From positions 416,001 to 480,000 of the forward strand of contig CAWIXE010000001.1 in assembly GCA_963840035.1 (NCBI GenBank): DNA of 64,000 nt, read 5' to 3'. Both the position numbers and the translations under genes were made by a program. Source of the DNA: a candidate division FCPU426 bacterium (GTDB taxonomy: Bacteria > Oederibacteriota > PGYV01 > Palsa-1178). Positions 38,457 through 47,227 of this stretch are shown here, piece by piece. Every line of letters begins with the position of its first letter. Position 1 is the stretch's first letter. A model generated the notes under the pieces. The model saw nothing but the letters and a program-made list of their open reading frames with translations, was not told the origin of the DNA and searched no databases.

Positions 38457-40295
38457 ATGGAGCAATTACTTTCAAATACCGGGGCTGCGTTTTTAAGCGG
38501 GTTATTTCTTTATATTATGACAGCCCTGGGAAGTTCCCTGTTTAAAGCGGTAAAATTTAATTTTGACGATGGCGCGGAAAACTTCATGTTTTCCTTCAGC
38601 GCGGGTGTAATTGTTTTTTCACTGCTAATTTTAGCCGCGGGCAAGCTTGGATTTTATACAAAACCCGTATTTTTAGGAATAACTTCAATTGTTGTCCTGC
38701 TCTCAATTCCGGGAATGAAAAAAGCAGCTTCAGCATTTAAATCGGCAATCACAGCAATAGGCTCGGTAAAGGGATGGCTTCTTATTATTTCCCTGATAAT
38801 TTTTTTACCCCGTTTCATATCCTCGGCTTTCGGCATGTTCCTTCCGCTTACCGGCTATGACACCATGGCATACCACTACGCGCTTCCGGCTATGTATCTT
38901 TCAAAAGGGCAGGTCTTCTGCGTTCCTTTTATGTACCATGCCAACTGGCCGCAGCACATGGAAATCATATTCGGCTGGGCCATGGGAGTATACAATGACA
39001 TATTCGCCAACGGCGTGTCGTACGCTTACACTCTGGCGCTGTTAGCCGCCGTATACGCTGTCGCGGCAAAAATTTCCGGGCCGGGCGCGGGCTTGCTTGC
39101 GGCGGCCCTGATGGGTTCTTTTTATGTCTTTAAGGTGGAGTCCTCAAACGGATATGTGGACATAGGTACAGCGTTTTTTGAGACAGCGGCCGTGTACGGC
39201 GCGTATATGTACTATAAAACCGGTGATAAGAAATTCATTTTCGCGTCAGCGGCATGCGCGGGCGGCGCTGCTTCGGTAAAAATTCTCGGGGTGTTTTCAG
39301 CAGTCTTCCTTCCGTTCTTTATAATTTTGTCAGGCGGCGGAAAAAAACTGCGTTTTAAGGAAGCAATCATATTCGCGTTAATGGCCGGGCTTATCGCCTC
39401 TCCGTGGTATATAAAAAGCTGGATAGACACGGGTAATCCGGTATGGCCGTTTGCCTATAAAATATTCGGCGGAAAATACTGGTCGCAGGAGCTTTCCGAC
39501 TTCAGGAGCGTGTATTACAGCGGCAAAGGCGGGGGGAAGGACCTGCTTGGGCTTCTGACACTTCCGTTTTCAATGGTGCTTTCAAAAAAGATAGACGGCT
39601 ACATGGGCAACAACATGATAGTTTTTTACCTGCTCCTGCCTTTTATTATTTATTCCGCCGCAGTCAAAAAAGAAAAGGCAAAGGGATTCTTCCTTATTTA
39701 CACGGCGGTCTTTACGATGTTCTGGTATTTCTCGGCTAAAATGGTAAGATTCTACCTGCCAGGGCTTGCGGTGATCGCTGCTTTAACCGCTGCAGAGGCT
39801 GTCAAGCTGATGGAAGGCAAAAACAGGGTATGGAAATACGCGGCGTTTGCCATGATGGTATTTTTGCTAACTTACGGTTTCCCGAGGGACCTTTCCAGGT
39901 TCATACTTTTCAGCGGAGCGGAAAAAAGGGACGCGTACCTGGATAAAAACCTGGACTGCTACAAACTTTATGAAAAAATAAACAAGGATTCGTCCATAGA
40001 CGGGAGGATAGTCCTCTTTAAGGAAGTAAGGGGTTATTACCTTAAAAAGGATTATATGTGGGGCGACCCGGTAAACCAGGGTTTGATCAGTTATAAATCC
40101 GCTGACGCCACGCTAAAGGACCTGAAAAACAACGGCGTTAAATATGTCCTATATAACAACAATAATTTCAATGTGGCGTATAATGATGACGGATATACGC
40201 CGCTTACTTTTTCCATAATGAAGGAAATCGCGGAAAAAAAGTGTGATTTGTTGTACTGCGAAAATCGGGTCTGCCTTTACAAAATAAGAAATTAA
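38457..40295 (+). CDS. GT-C (ArnT/PMT-like) membrane glycosyltransferase
   Basis: Polytopic; DTMAYHY, YVD and SPWY...TGNPVWPF motifs. Confidence 0.75.
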   Translation: MEQLLSNTGAAFLSGLFLYIMTALGSSLFKAVKFNFDDGAENFMFSFSAGVIVFSLLILAAGKLGFYTKPVFLGITSIVVLLSIPGMKKAASAFKSAITAIGSVKGWLLIISLIIFLPRFISSAFGMFLPLTGYDTMAYHYALPAMYLSKGQVFCVPFMYHANWPQHMEIIFGWAMGVYNDIFANGVSYAYTLALLAAVYAVAAKISGPGAGLLAAALMGSFYVFKVESSNGYVDIGTAFFETAAVYGAYMYYKTGDKKFIFASAACAGGAASVKILGVFSAVFLPFFIILSGGGKKLRFKEAIIFALMAGLIASPWYIKSWIDTGNPVWPFAYKIFGGKYWSQELSDFRSVYYSGKGGGKDLLGLLTLPFSMVLSKKIDGYMGNNMIVFYLLLPFIIYSAAVKKEKAKGFFLIYTAVFTMFWYFSAKMVRFYLPGLAVIAALTAAEAVKLMEGKNRVWKYAAFAMMVFLLTYGFPRDLSRFILFSGAEKRDAYLDKNLDCYKLYEKINKDSSIDGRIVLFKEVRGYYLKKDYMWGDPVNQGLISYKSADATLKDLKNNGVKYVLYNNNNFNVAYNDDGYTPLTFSIMKEIAEKKCDLLYCENRVCLYKIRN

Positions 40296-40304
40296 TAAGG
40301 TATT

Positions 40305-40384
40305 TGTAGAGACGCAGCTTGCCGCGTCTCAGACGGCGGCTGTTAAGAAGTTAAATGCGAGACACAGCAAGCTGTGTCTCTACA
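40305..40384. repeat. GTAG-tagged REP doublet
   Basis: TGTAGAGACGCAGCTTGCCGCGTCTC...GAGACACAGCAAGCTGTGTCTCTACA. Confidence 0.85.
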
Positions 40385-40416
40385 AAAAAAGTTAGTTGTA
40401 TATAAGGTGGCTATAA

Positions 40417-41217
40417 ATGGATGTTAAAAAAATTACTGACATGCAGACAATTAAGGAATTCCTTTTTAAAGACCCGTACCTCCACCTTTATGAGATAGGC
40501 AACCTGCAGGAAAAGCTTTTTCACCATATCACGTGGCACGCGGCAGTGGATGCGGGGGTAATTAAGGCGGTTTCAATGCTGTACATCTCTGAAAAACACA
40601 GCCAGCCGATATTTTTTCTCCTTGAGAACACCGACATGAAAGCTGCCGCTGCCATCATAGAGGCGGTCAAAGAAGAACTGCCGGATAATTTCTACGCGCA
40701 TATTTCAAAGTCTTTAAGCGCCGGGCTAAAGGACAAATATGAAACATCGCAGCCGCACATGTATGACAAGATGAAGTTAACCGGAGATATCCTGCTGGAT
40801 AAAAACATAATTTATCCCGAACACACCTTCAGGATTAACGCCAATGATTTTGAAACGGTAAATGAGCTGCTGCGCGGCGTAAATCCTTCCGCGTTTTTTG
40901 TCCCGGCCATGTTAAAGACGGGAAAATATTTCTGCGTGAGGAAGAACGCCGAGCTCATGTCCATGGCAGGGGTACATTTTTATTCCACAGACCTCGGGAT
41001 TGCCGCCATAGGCAACGTCATGACCCTGCCCCAACACAGGGGAAAAGGATATGCCGCGTCAGTCACGGCAAGCCTGTGCAGGGATTTGTGGAAGGAAGTC
41101 AAATACATAGGCTTAAACGTGCGTTCTGACAACACAACCGCTATAAAGGTTTATACCAGGATGGGGTTTCAGTACCACTCAACGCACGAGGAGATAACGG
41201 CTGTTAAGAAGGCATAA
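40417..41217 (+). CDS. GNAT N-acetyltransferase (FR47-like)
   Basis: IGNVMTLPQHRGKGYA and NTTAIKVYTRMGF motifs. Confidence 0.9.
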   Translation: MDVKKITDMQTIKEFLFKDPYLHLYEIGNLQEKLFHHITWHAAVDAGVIKAVSMLYISEKHSQPIFFLLENTDMKAAAAIIEAVKEELPDNFYAHISKSLSAGLKDKYETSQPHMYDKMKLTGDILLDKNIIYPEHTFRINANDFETVNELLRGVNPSAFFVPAMLKTGKYFCVRKNAELMSMAGVHFYSTDLGIAAIGNVMTLPQHRGKGYAASVTASLCRDLWKEVKYIGLNVRSDNTTAIKVYTRMGFQYHSTHEEITAVKKA

Positions 41218-41244
41218 TTACAAATTACGAATGACTAATAAAGG

Positions 41245-41279
41245 AAAAGGACGGGTGCTGTGAGGCATCCGTCCTTTTT
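41245..41279. terminator. Bidirectional intrinsic terminator
   Basis: AAAAGGACGGGTGC...GCATCCGTCCTTTTT between convergent genes. Confidence 0.8.
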
Positions 41280-41291
41280 GCTTTGTTAGTG

Positions 41292-41365
41292 CCGGGCGAG
41301 CCACCGGCTCGCCCCTACGAAGGCATTGTCCTGTTTTCGTAGGGGTGAGCCGGTGGCTCACCCGG
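41292..41365. repeat. GTAG-tagged REP doublet (tags facing inward)
   Basis: CCGGGCGAGCCACCGGCTCGCCCCTACG...CGTAGGGGTGAGCCGGTGGCTCACCCGG; left half is identical to 47073-47102. Confidence 0.85.
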
Positions 41366-41383
41366 TAGTTGTATTAGAAATTA

Positions 41384-42124
41384 TTATTTCACTGCCGCCG
41401 GCGTTAACTGCAGCGACGGGGTTTTGGGCGGTTCCGGCGCGTCTATCTTCCAGTGTTTTATCACCTTGATCCTGTTTAAAGGCCAGTAGACAATGGCTGC
41501 CTGGCCGCGGAGTTTGTTCTCGGGCAGGAATCCCCAGAACCTGCTGTCATAGGAATAATCCCTGTTATCTCCCATGGCAAAGATGGTGCCTTCAGGAACT
41601 GTCTGAGGGGCAAAGTTATCCCGCGGCGTGTACATGGCCGGATAAACTTTGGGGTCTTTGTGCACCGCGTATGGCTCGTCAAGTTTTTTTCCGTTTAAGT
41701 AGAGGTCCTTGTTTTTCATTTCAACGGTATCACCGGGTATGGCTATGCATCTTTTTATCCACATGGCAGTGGTCTTATTTGTCGGGTCGCGGAAGATAAT
41801 GACATCCCCGCGTTTTGGTTTTTTGAACTGGAGTATCAGTTTTTTATCCAGCGGATTGTAGATGCCGTAAGCAAACTTGATGGCCATGGGGTGCTCGCCG
41901 ACTAAGAGGGTATTTTCCATGGACGGCGTGGGTATGGCAAAGGCCTGAATGATAAACGTCCTTAATATGGTGGCGATGATGATAGCCTCGAAAGCCGGCT
42001 CCACCCAGTCGCGCACCACGTGCTTCTTATCGAGCTTATAGACGAAGACCACCAGTATCTCGCCTATGGTTAAAAGCGCGAACAAACTCCAGTAAATGAT
42101 CTCTGACCAGTCAATGAACTTCAT
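41384..42124 (-). CDS. lepB: Signal peptidase I
   Basis: IPTPSMENTL (Ser), IKRCIAIPGD (Lys) and GDNRDYSYDSRFWG motifs. Confidence 0.95.
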   Translation of the reverse strand: MKFIDWSEIIYWSLFALLTIGEILVVFVYKLDKKHVVRDWVEPAFEAIIIATILRTFIIQAFAIPTPSMENTLLVGEHPMAIKFAYGIYNPLDKKLILQFKKPKRGDVIIFRDPTNKTTAMWIKRCIAIPGDTVEMKNKDLYLNGKKLDEPYAVHKDPKVYPAMYTPRDNFAPQTVPEGTIFAMGDNRDYSYDSRFWGFLPENKLRGQAAIVYWPLNRIKVIKHWKIDAPEPPKTPSLQLTPAAVK

Positions 42125-42330
42125 TTTGTTACCTCCGTTTTTTCTGAAAGGAATATATCCTCAATTTTTGAGTTAAAAAATTTTGCTATCTTAAAAGCCA
42201 GCTCCAGCGAAGGGTCATACCTGCCGCTTTCAATGGCTATGATTGTCTGGCGCGTGACCTTCACTTTTTTGGCGAGGTCGTCCTGGGTAATATCAAGGCC
42301 GGCGCGCAGGACCCGTATCTTATTTTCCAC
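42121..42330 (-). CDS. XRE-family HTH transcriptional regulator
   Basis: TQDDLAKKVKVTRQTIIAIESGRYDPSLELAFKIA. Confidence 0.93.
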   Translation of the reverse strand: MENKIRVLRAGLDITQDDLAKKVKVTRQTIIAIESGRYDPSLELAFKIAKFFNSKIEDIFLSEKTEVTK

Positions 42331-42714
42331 TTAGCCGACCTTCTTTAACCAGGCGTACATTATGACGTCTATGGTGAGCATTACGCAAACTGAAAAAGCA
42401 AGGGTATAACCCACGGCAGTATATAATGAAGGCCCGTTTTTGCCGAGGATGATAAGTATGTTGCCGGTCGCGGCCGCTGATATGTTGAATACGATATAAG
42501 AAAACCGCGAAGCGCGCATGGAAAGGAGCTTTAACCGCTCGTCCTCCGTTATGACCTCGCTGAAATTTTTCTTAAGTATTATTGAGGCAAAAACAGCCGT
42601 TATAACAGCAAGGGTTGGAAGGACATAATTCTGGTGCCGTATGCCGAAAAACACGGCAACTGCGGCTGCCAGGAATATCAGGAAAAGAAGGAACTTATAC
42701 ATTTTTTCGCCCAT
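42331..42714 (-). CDS. DUF2178-like membrane protein
   Basis: Four TM segments with the EDER...RAS motif; AGGAGG RBS. Confidence 0.75.
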   Translation of the reverse strand: MGEKMYKFLLFLIFLAAAVAVFFGIRHQNYVLPTLAVITAVFASIILKKNFSEVITEDERLKLLSMRASRFSYIVFNISAAATGNILIILGKNGPSLYTAVGYTLAFSVCVMLTIDVIMYAWLKKVG

Positions 42715-42741
42715 AAAGGCCTCCTTTATTTGCTAAAAACA

Positions 42742-42782
42742 AGTGTAAAGGATACTTTACATTTTGTCAAGTAGTATTTACA
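42742..42782 (-). promoter_or_regulatory. Promoter with tandem XRE-type operators
   Basis: Minus strand TTGACA-17-TACACT; palindrome TGTAAAG-GATA-CTTTACA (42744-42761) and degenerate copy TGTCAAG-TAGT-ATTTACA (42765-42782). Confidence 0.75.
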
Positions 42783-42804
42783 ATGAAAAATTTTCTTTTT
42801 CTAC

Positions 42805-42940
42805 GGGGTTGGGGTGAGATTAAGGGGCCAAAGAACAAGATTCACCTCACCCCAGCCCCTCTCCTAAGAGGAGAGGGGTAACGCATAACACACAAACCGA
42901 CTTTTTATCCCTCTCCCTTGGGAGAGGGTAGGGTGAGGGG
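42805..42940. repeat. CCTCACCCC/CCCTCTCC (BoxC-like) palindromic element
   Basis: CCTCACCCCAGCCCCTCTCCTAAGAGGAGAGGGG...CCCTCTCCCTTGGGAGAGGGTAGGGTGAGGGG; related remnant at 37790-37852. Confidence 0.7.
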
Positions 42941-43011
42941 ATAAAGTATTTGTCTTGCCTTTGTATAAGGGGGTGTTAAAATATAAGAATCAAGGGATGA
43001 AAGGGAAAATA

Positions 43012-43452
43012 ATGAAAAAAATCAAAAGGCCTCAAGCTGTAATAGTTCTTACAACAATTTACGCAATTATAACCGGCTTTCTGTTTATAAGAGCATTTGC
43101 AGGACTATTACTATCATTTAGCGCCGACAAATCAGGTAAGTATTATTTTATTAACTATATAGATTGGTCTGTTTCACTGATATTTGCGACAACAATGCTG
43201 TTTGCGGTTTCAAATTTTTACAAGATGAAAAAAGTTGGTAAAAACTTATTGGTCTTCATTAATTGGGCGTGGATGATTTTAATGGTTGCGGTTGGACTTG
43301 CTATTCCAATAGGTGCGTGTATTACAACGAAATCTTTATACTTTTCAGTCGCAACAGTTATTCCAGTACTTTTATTTTTAGTCCCCGCGGCGCCTGCATA
43401 TATTTTAAATATGTATTTAAATGACAAAAGTCTTGTAAAAGTTATGAAGTAA
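43012..43452 (+). CDS. Hypothetical membrane protein
   Basis: Four hydrophobic segments; AT-rich; AAGGGA RBS before ATG 43012. Confidence 0.6.
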   Translation: MKKIKRPQAVIVLTTIYAIITGFLFIRAFAGLLLSFSADKSGKYYFINYIDWSVSLIFATTMLFAVSNFYKMKKVGKNLLVFINWAWMILMVAVGLAIPIGACITTKSLYFSVATVIPVLLFLVPAAPAYILNMYLNDKSLVKVMK

Positions 43453-43466
43453 AATATAATATTTAT

Positions 43467-44750
43467 TTAATTGTTTGTTTTTCTTTCCTTCATAAACTTC
43501 TCTATCGCCGCCACAGTATCCCTTACCCCGTCTTCCTTATTTAATTCAACTCCGAACTTTTCAGCCGCGGTCTTCATCTGGTGCGATTGCGCCGCGGTTT
43601 TCATGTTATCGGCGAGTTCCTGCGGGGTGAAATTTATGTAGTCGAGCGGCTTGGTGGCTATGCCGAGTTTCCATAATTTGTTTGCCCACGCTTTTTGTTC
43701 GTCCATGAAATACAGCGGGACTGACGGCACCCCGTGGCGCGCTACTGTGTGCGTCGTGCCAGCGCCGCAGTGGTGCACAACCGCGGAGCAGAAGGGAAAT
43801 ATTTCCCTGTGGGGCATTTTTTCCGAAAAGTAAATATTCTGCAGGAAAGAATCAGCGGGGTATTTGGCGGTGGCTGTCTGTATGATGACGCGCGATTTAT
43901 AAAGTTTGGCCGTTTCCACCAGGTTGAACATGCCGCGGTCCGGGTCCACCTGCATGGAGGAGCCAAGGGTCATGAAAACCGGATGGTCGCCGCGCCGCGT
44001 CAAAAATTCCTTTAAGTTCGGCGGGAACTGGTAGTGCTCCGCCGATACCGGCATATTTAAAAATCCCGTAATCTTTACATTTCCCTTATCAAGCCAGTCT
44101 TTAGGTTCCGTATAAAAAAGCCTGCTGCATGCCGCAATGTTCAGGCTCTCCGACATCCACGCGTCTGTCATGACGTGCTTAATGGCAGGCAGGCCTTCAG
44201 AGGCAAAGAGTTCGGATATCTTTTTTTTCAGCATGGAGTCCATGACGGTCATGAAAAGAGACCATGCCATCTTTGTGGGGCCTGCGCCCATATTCGGCAT
44301 GCCAAGCGGCGGTTCCGTGTCTGAGGGCATAAGGCCCGGCCAGTAGCAAACGCTTATATGCGGGATTCCTTTTTTATTAGCGGCTATTTTCAGGTAATGG
44401 CAGGAAAAATGTCCTATTACAAGTTCATTCCTCTCGCAGAGGTATTTAGACCCTTCAAACAGTTCGGGAATATAAGAGTAAAGTGTTTTTTCGAGGAGCT
44501 GCTGCATCATTTCATTTGATTTGGTGAGCTTTCCGTTTTTTGAAACAAGGCCGTCAAGGACAGCTTCGATTTTATCAGGTTTTTTTATCATGGTAATGCC
44601 GGTTTTGGCGCAGACGCCCGCGTATGATTTGTTATCCACGCTGGCTATCATGATGGTGACTTCATGGCCTGCCTGTTTTAAGCCGGAGGCAAGGGCTATC
44701 ATGGGACGTATGTCGCCGTCAGAACCCCAGGTTTGGATACCTATACGCAT
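43467..44750 (-). CDS. GT1-family glycosyltransferase (sterol/antibiotic glucosyltransferase-like)
   Basis: GSDGDIRPMIALA, TLGS, HHCGAGTT and DEQ motifs. Confidence 0.9.
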   Translation of the reverse strand: MRIGIQTWGSDGDIRPMIALASGLKQAGHEVTIMIASVDNKSYAGVCAKTGITMIKKPDKIEAVLDGLVSKNGKLTKSNEMMQQLLEKTLYSYIPELFEGSKYLCERNELVIGHFSCHYLKIAANKKGIPHISVCYWPGLMPSDTEPPLGMPNMGAGPTKMAWSLFMTVMDSMLKKKISELFASEGLPAIKHVMTDAWMSESLNIAACSRLFYTEPKDWLDKGNVKITGFLNMPVSAEHYQFPPNLKEFLTRRGDHPVFMTLGSSMQVDPDRGMFNLVETAKLYKSRVIIQTATAKYPADSFLQNIYFSEKMPHREIFPFCSAVVHHCGAGTTHTVARHGVPSVPLYFMDEQKAWANKLWKLGIATKPLDYINFTPQELADNMKTAAQSHQMKTAAEKFGVELNKEDGVRDTVAAIEKFMKERKTNN

Positions 44751-44972
44751 GAAACCCCCAAATGTTCAATTTACGATTTTCAATTGTAAGTGCAAACCGC
44801 AGTTAATTATACTACAAATGGATGAAAAAGATAATTGATTAATTGGGGAATATGATAAAATACATGTAATAAGTGATAAGCCAGAATCCAGAAGTAAGGC
44901 AAAATAGCAGTAAGGCGTTTTTGTAATACTTCTTGCTTTTGACTTATAACTTTATACTTTAAGGAGCATTAT

Positions 44973-45539
44973 ATGAATATTTGCGTGTTTTGTTCCTCTT
45001 CAGATGCTGCCGCACGGAAGTACTTTACCGCTGCGGAAAAGCTGGGGCTGGAAATGGTAAAAAACGGTTATGGCCTTGTGTATGGCGGCGGCAACATTGG
45101 TTTAATGGGGCATATCGCTTCTGCCGTGAAAATGGGCGGCGGCAAAGTGACCGGGGTCATACCAAAGGCTCTGCAGGAATACGGCCTGGCAAAAGAGGGT
45201 CTTGACGAGCTAATAGTGACGGATAATCTAAGGAACAGGAAAGGGGTAATGGAACTAAAGTCCGACGCTTTCATATTTCTGCCAGGCGGCGTGGGAACCC
45301 TGGAAGAGGCAATGGAAATTTTGACGTTGAAGCAGCTGCACTACCACAATAAACCGCTGGTTTTTTTAAATACCGGCGGGTTTTATAAAAAGCTGATGGG
45401 ATTTTTTAAATTAATGGAAAAGGAAAAGTTCATAAAGAAAGAACTTTACGGCATGTTTTATCTGGCAAAAGACGAAAAGGCCGCTGTTAAGTACATAAAG
45501 AATTATAAGCCAAAAATTTCAAAAGGGAAGTGGTTTTAA
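44973..45539 (+). CDS. LOG family nucleotide phosphoribohydrolase (TIGR00730)
   Basis: LVYGGGNIGLMG and PGGVGTLEE motifs. Confidence 0.93.
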   Translation: MNICVFCSSSDAAARKYFTAAEKLGLEMVKNGYGLVYGGGNIGLMGHIASAVKMGGGKVTGVIPKALQEYGLAKEGLDELIVTDNLRNRKGVMELKSDAFIFLPGGVGTLEEAMEILTLKQLHYHNKPLVFLNTGGFYKKLMGFFKLMEKEKFIKKELYGMFYLAKDEKAAVKYIKNYKPKISKGKWF

Positions 45540-45559
45540 AAGCGGTTTAATCCGTTTGT

Positions 45560-45631
45560 TGTGTCCCTGATTAAATTTTCCCATGGATTGCGCAGTAGCG
45601 CAGGCCATGGGAAAATTTAATCAGGGACACA
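45560..45631. repeat. Long hairpin with a perfect 27-bp stem between convergent genes
   Basis: TGTGTCCCTGATTAAATTTTCCCATGG-ATTGCGCAGTAGCGCAGG-CCATGGGAAAATTTAATCAGGGACACA. Confidence 0.9.
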
Positions 45632-45755
45632 TTTGGCTGCGCTTAAAAATTAAAACCAAAAATTGTAGAGAGGGGGCTTGCCCCCTATCAGACGCAGGCC
45701 CTGCCTTGAGAGCCAGCCATTCGGGATGTATATTTCATGGGTAGTATGAGTTCGT

Positions 45756-46832
45756 TTATAAAGGCAAATCCAATTGTCCTTTTTTCTTAACAGGCACTTT
45801 ATCTTCAAATCCGTGCATTGAAACCCCAAGCAGCCTGATCTTCTTCGTTCCTGCTTCTGTTTTTTTGAGGAGTTCAAGGATGTAACGGTATATTGTGGCG
45901 CCGGACTGGATTTTTTTGTCTATTGTGACGCTTCTGGTTATTTGTTTGAAATCAAGGTACTTTATTTTTAGCGTTATGGTCCTGCCTTTTTTGTCCTCCT
46001 GCTTCATGTCCTTTTCCACGTCAAAACATAATTCCTCAAGGATTTCTTTTATCGTATCCATGTCAGTGATGTCTTCAGGTAGGGTGGTCTCGCGGCCTAC
46101 GGATTTTCTTTCCCAGTTTGGCTCCACGGATGAGTCGTCTATGCCGCGGGCCAGGTTGTAGAACCATTCCGCGGATTTGCCGAAGTGTTCTTCAAGGAAC
46201 GGCAGTGATTTTGACCTTAAATCCGCGCCGGTAAATATACCCAGGGAGTGCATGTACTTTTCAGTTACCTTGCCGACGCCGTGGAAGGCGCCGATTTTGA
46301 GCTTGTCAATGAATTCAAGCGCCTTTTCCGGAATGACCACTGTAAGGCCGTCTGGCTTTTTAAAACCCGAGGCGATTTTTGCCAGGAATTTGCAGTATGA
46401 AACCCCGGCAGACGCGGTTAAGCCGGTGGCTTCAAATATTTTCTGCTTGATTTCTTTTGCTATTTGCGTGGCTGATTTTATTTCCATGAAGTTATCCGTC
46501 ACATCCAGGTAAGCCTCGTCAAGGGAGAGCGGCTCCACAAGGTTGGTGTATTCATGGAATATCTTATGTATCTGCCCGGATGCTTCAGTGTATTTGGAAA
46601 AATCCGGACGCACAAGTATGCATTCAGGGCATAGCCTCATGGCCGTGGCTGTTGCCATAGCCGAGTGTATGCCGAATTTACGCGCTTCGTACGAGCATGC
46701 GGCAACAACCCCGCGCTCTTTTGCCGAGCCGCCGACTATGACGGGCTTGCCCCGGAGGTCCGGGTTATCCCGCTGCTCTACAGACGCGTAAAAGGCGTCC
46801 ATGTCCACGTGTATTATTTTGCGTGTGTTCAT
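45756..46832 (-). CDS. dinB: DNA polymerase IV
   Basis: HVDMDAFYASVE, SYEARKFG, SLDEAYLD and KPDG motifs; C-terminal clamp motif QLDL. Confidence 0.97.
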   Translation of the reverse strand: MNTRKIIHVDMDAFYASVEQRDNPDLRGKPVIVGGSAKERGVVAACSYEARKFGIHSAMATATAMRLCPECILVRPDFSKYTEASGQIHKIFHEYTNLVEPLSLDEAYLDVTDNFMEIKSATQIAKEIKQKIFEATGLTASAGVSYCKFLAKIASGFKKPDGLTVVIPEKALEFIDKLKIGAFHGVGKVTEKYMHSLGIFTGADLRSKSLPFLEEHFGKSAEWFYNLARGIDDSSVEPNWERKSVGRETTLPEDITDMDTIKEILEELCFDVEKDMKQEDKKGRTITLKIKYLDFKQITRSVTIDKKIQSGATIYRYILELLKKTEAGTKKIRLLGVSMHGFEDKVPVKKKGQLDLPL

Positions 46833-46892
46833 AATGAAAGTATAAGGGAAAGAGAGACAAAAGAAAAGAGACAAAAGTAAATCATAAATTCC

Positions 46893-47213
46893 TGTAGGGG
46901 CCGCCCCATGTGGCGGCCCGCAACGTTGGCGGGCGGACACTTAGGTCCGCCCCTACAGGGGTTGTAAATATTTACAACCACTGTAGAGCCGCTGCTTGCT
47001 GCGGCTCAATGTCGGCAGTCATCCGCCGTCCCACAGCAATTGTAAATATTTACAACCACTGAAAGGCAAATGCCGGGCGAGCCACCGGCTCGCCCCTACG
47101 AAAACAAAACAAAACAAAAAACTATTTAGACCCTATACAGGGGCATACAGGGGTCGCTAAAAATGTGTTATAATAACATACCAAAACCGGGACGCTCGCA
47201 GAGCGTCTCTACA
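46893..47213. repeat. Cluster of GTAG REP units plus a 22-bp direct repeat
   Basis: REPs at 46893-46957, 46982-47007, 47073-47102 and 47189-47213; TTGTAAATATTTACAACCACTG at 46962 and 47040. Confidence 0.85.
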
Positions 47214-47227
47214 AACAAAGGACAAAA

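Noticed and set aside
24537..46940. Shared N-terminus MSARQRCGPPH of ORFs 24537 and 45756-46940 as a protein domain
   Set aside because: Both are translations of the same REP doublet; the better-supported starts are 24612 and 46832.
46962..47061. 22-bp direct repeat as a mini CRISPR array
   Set aside because: Only two copies, the 56-bp spacer contains a REP, and there are no cas genes in the window.
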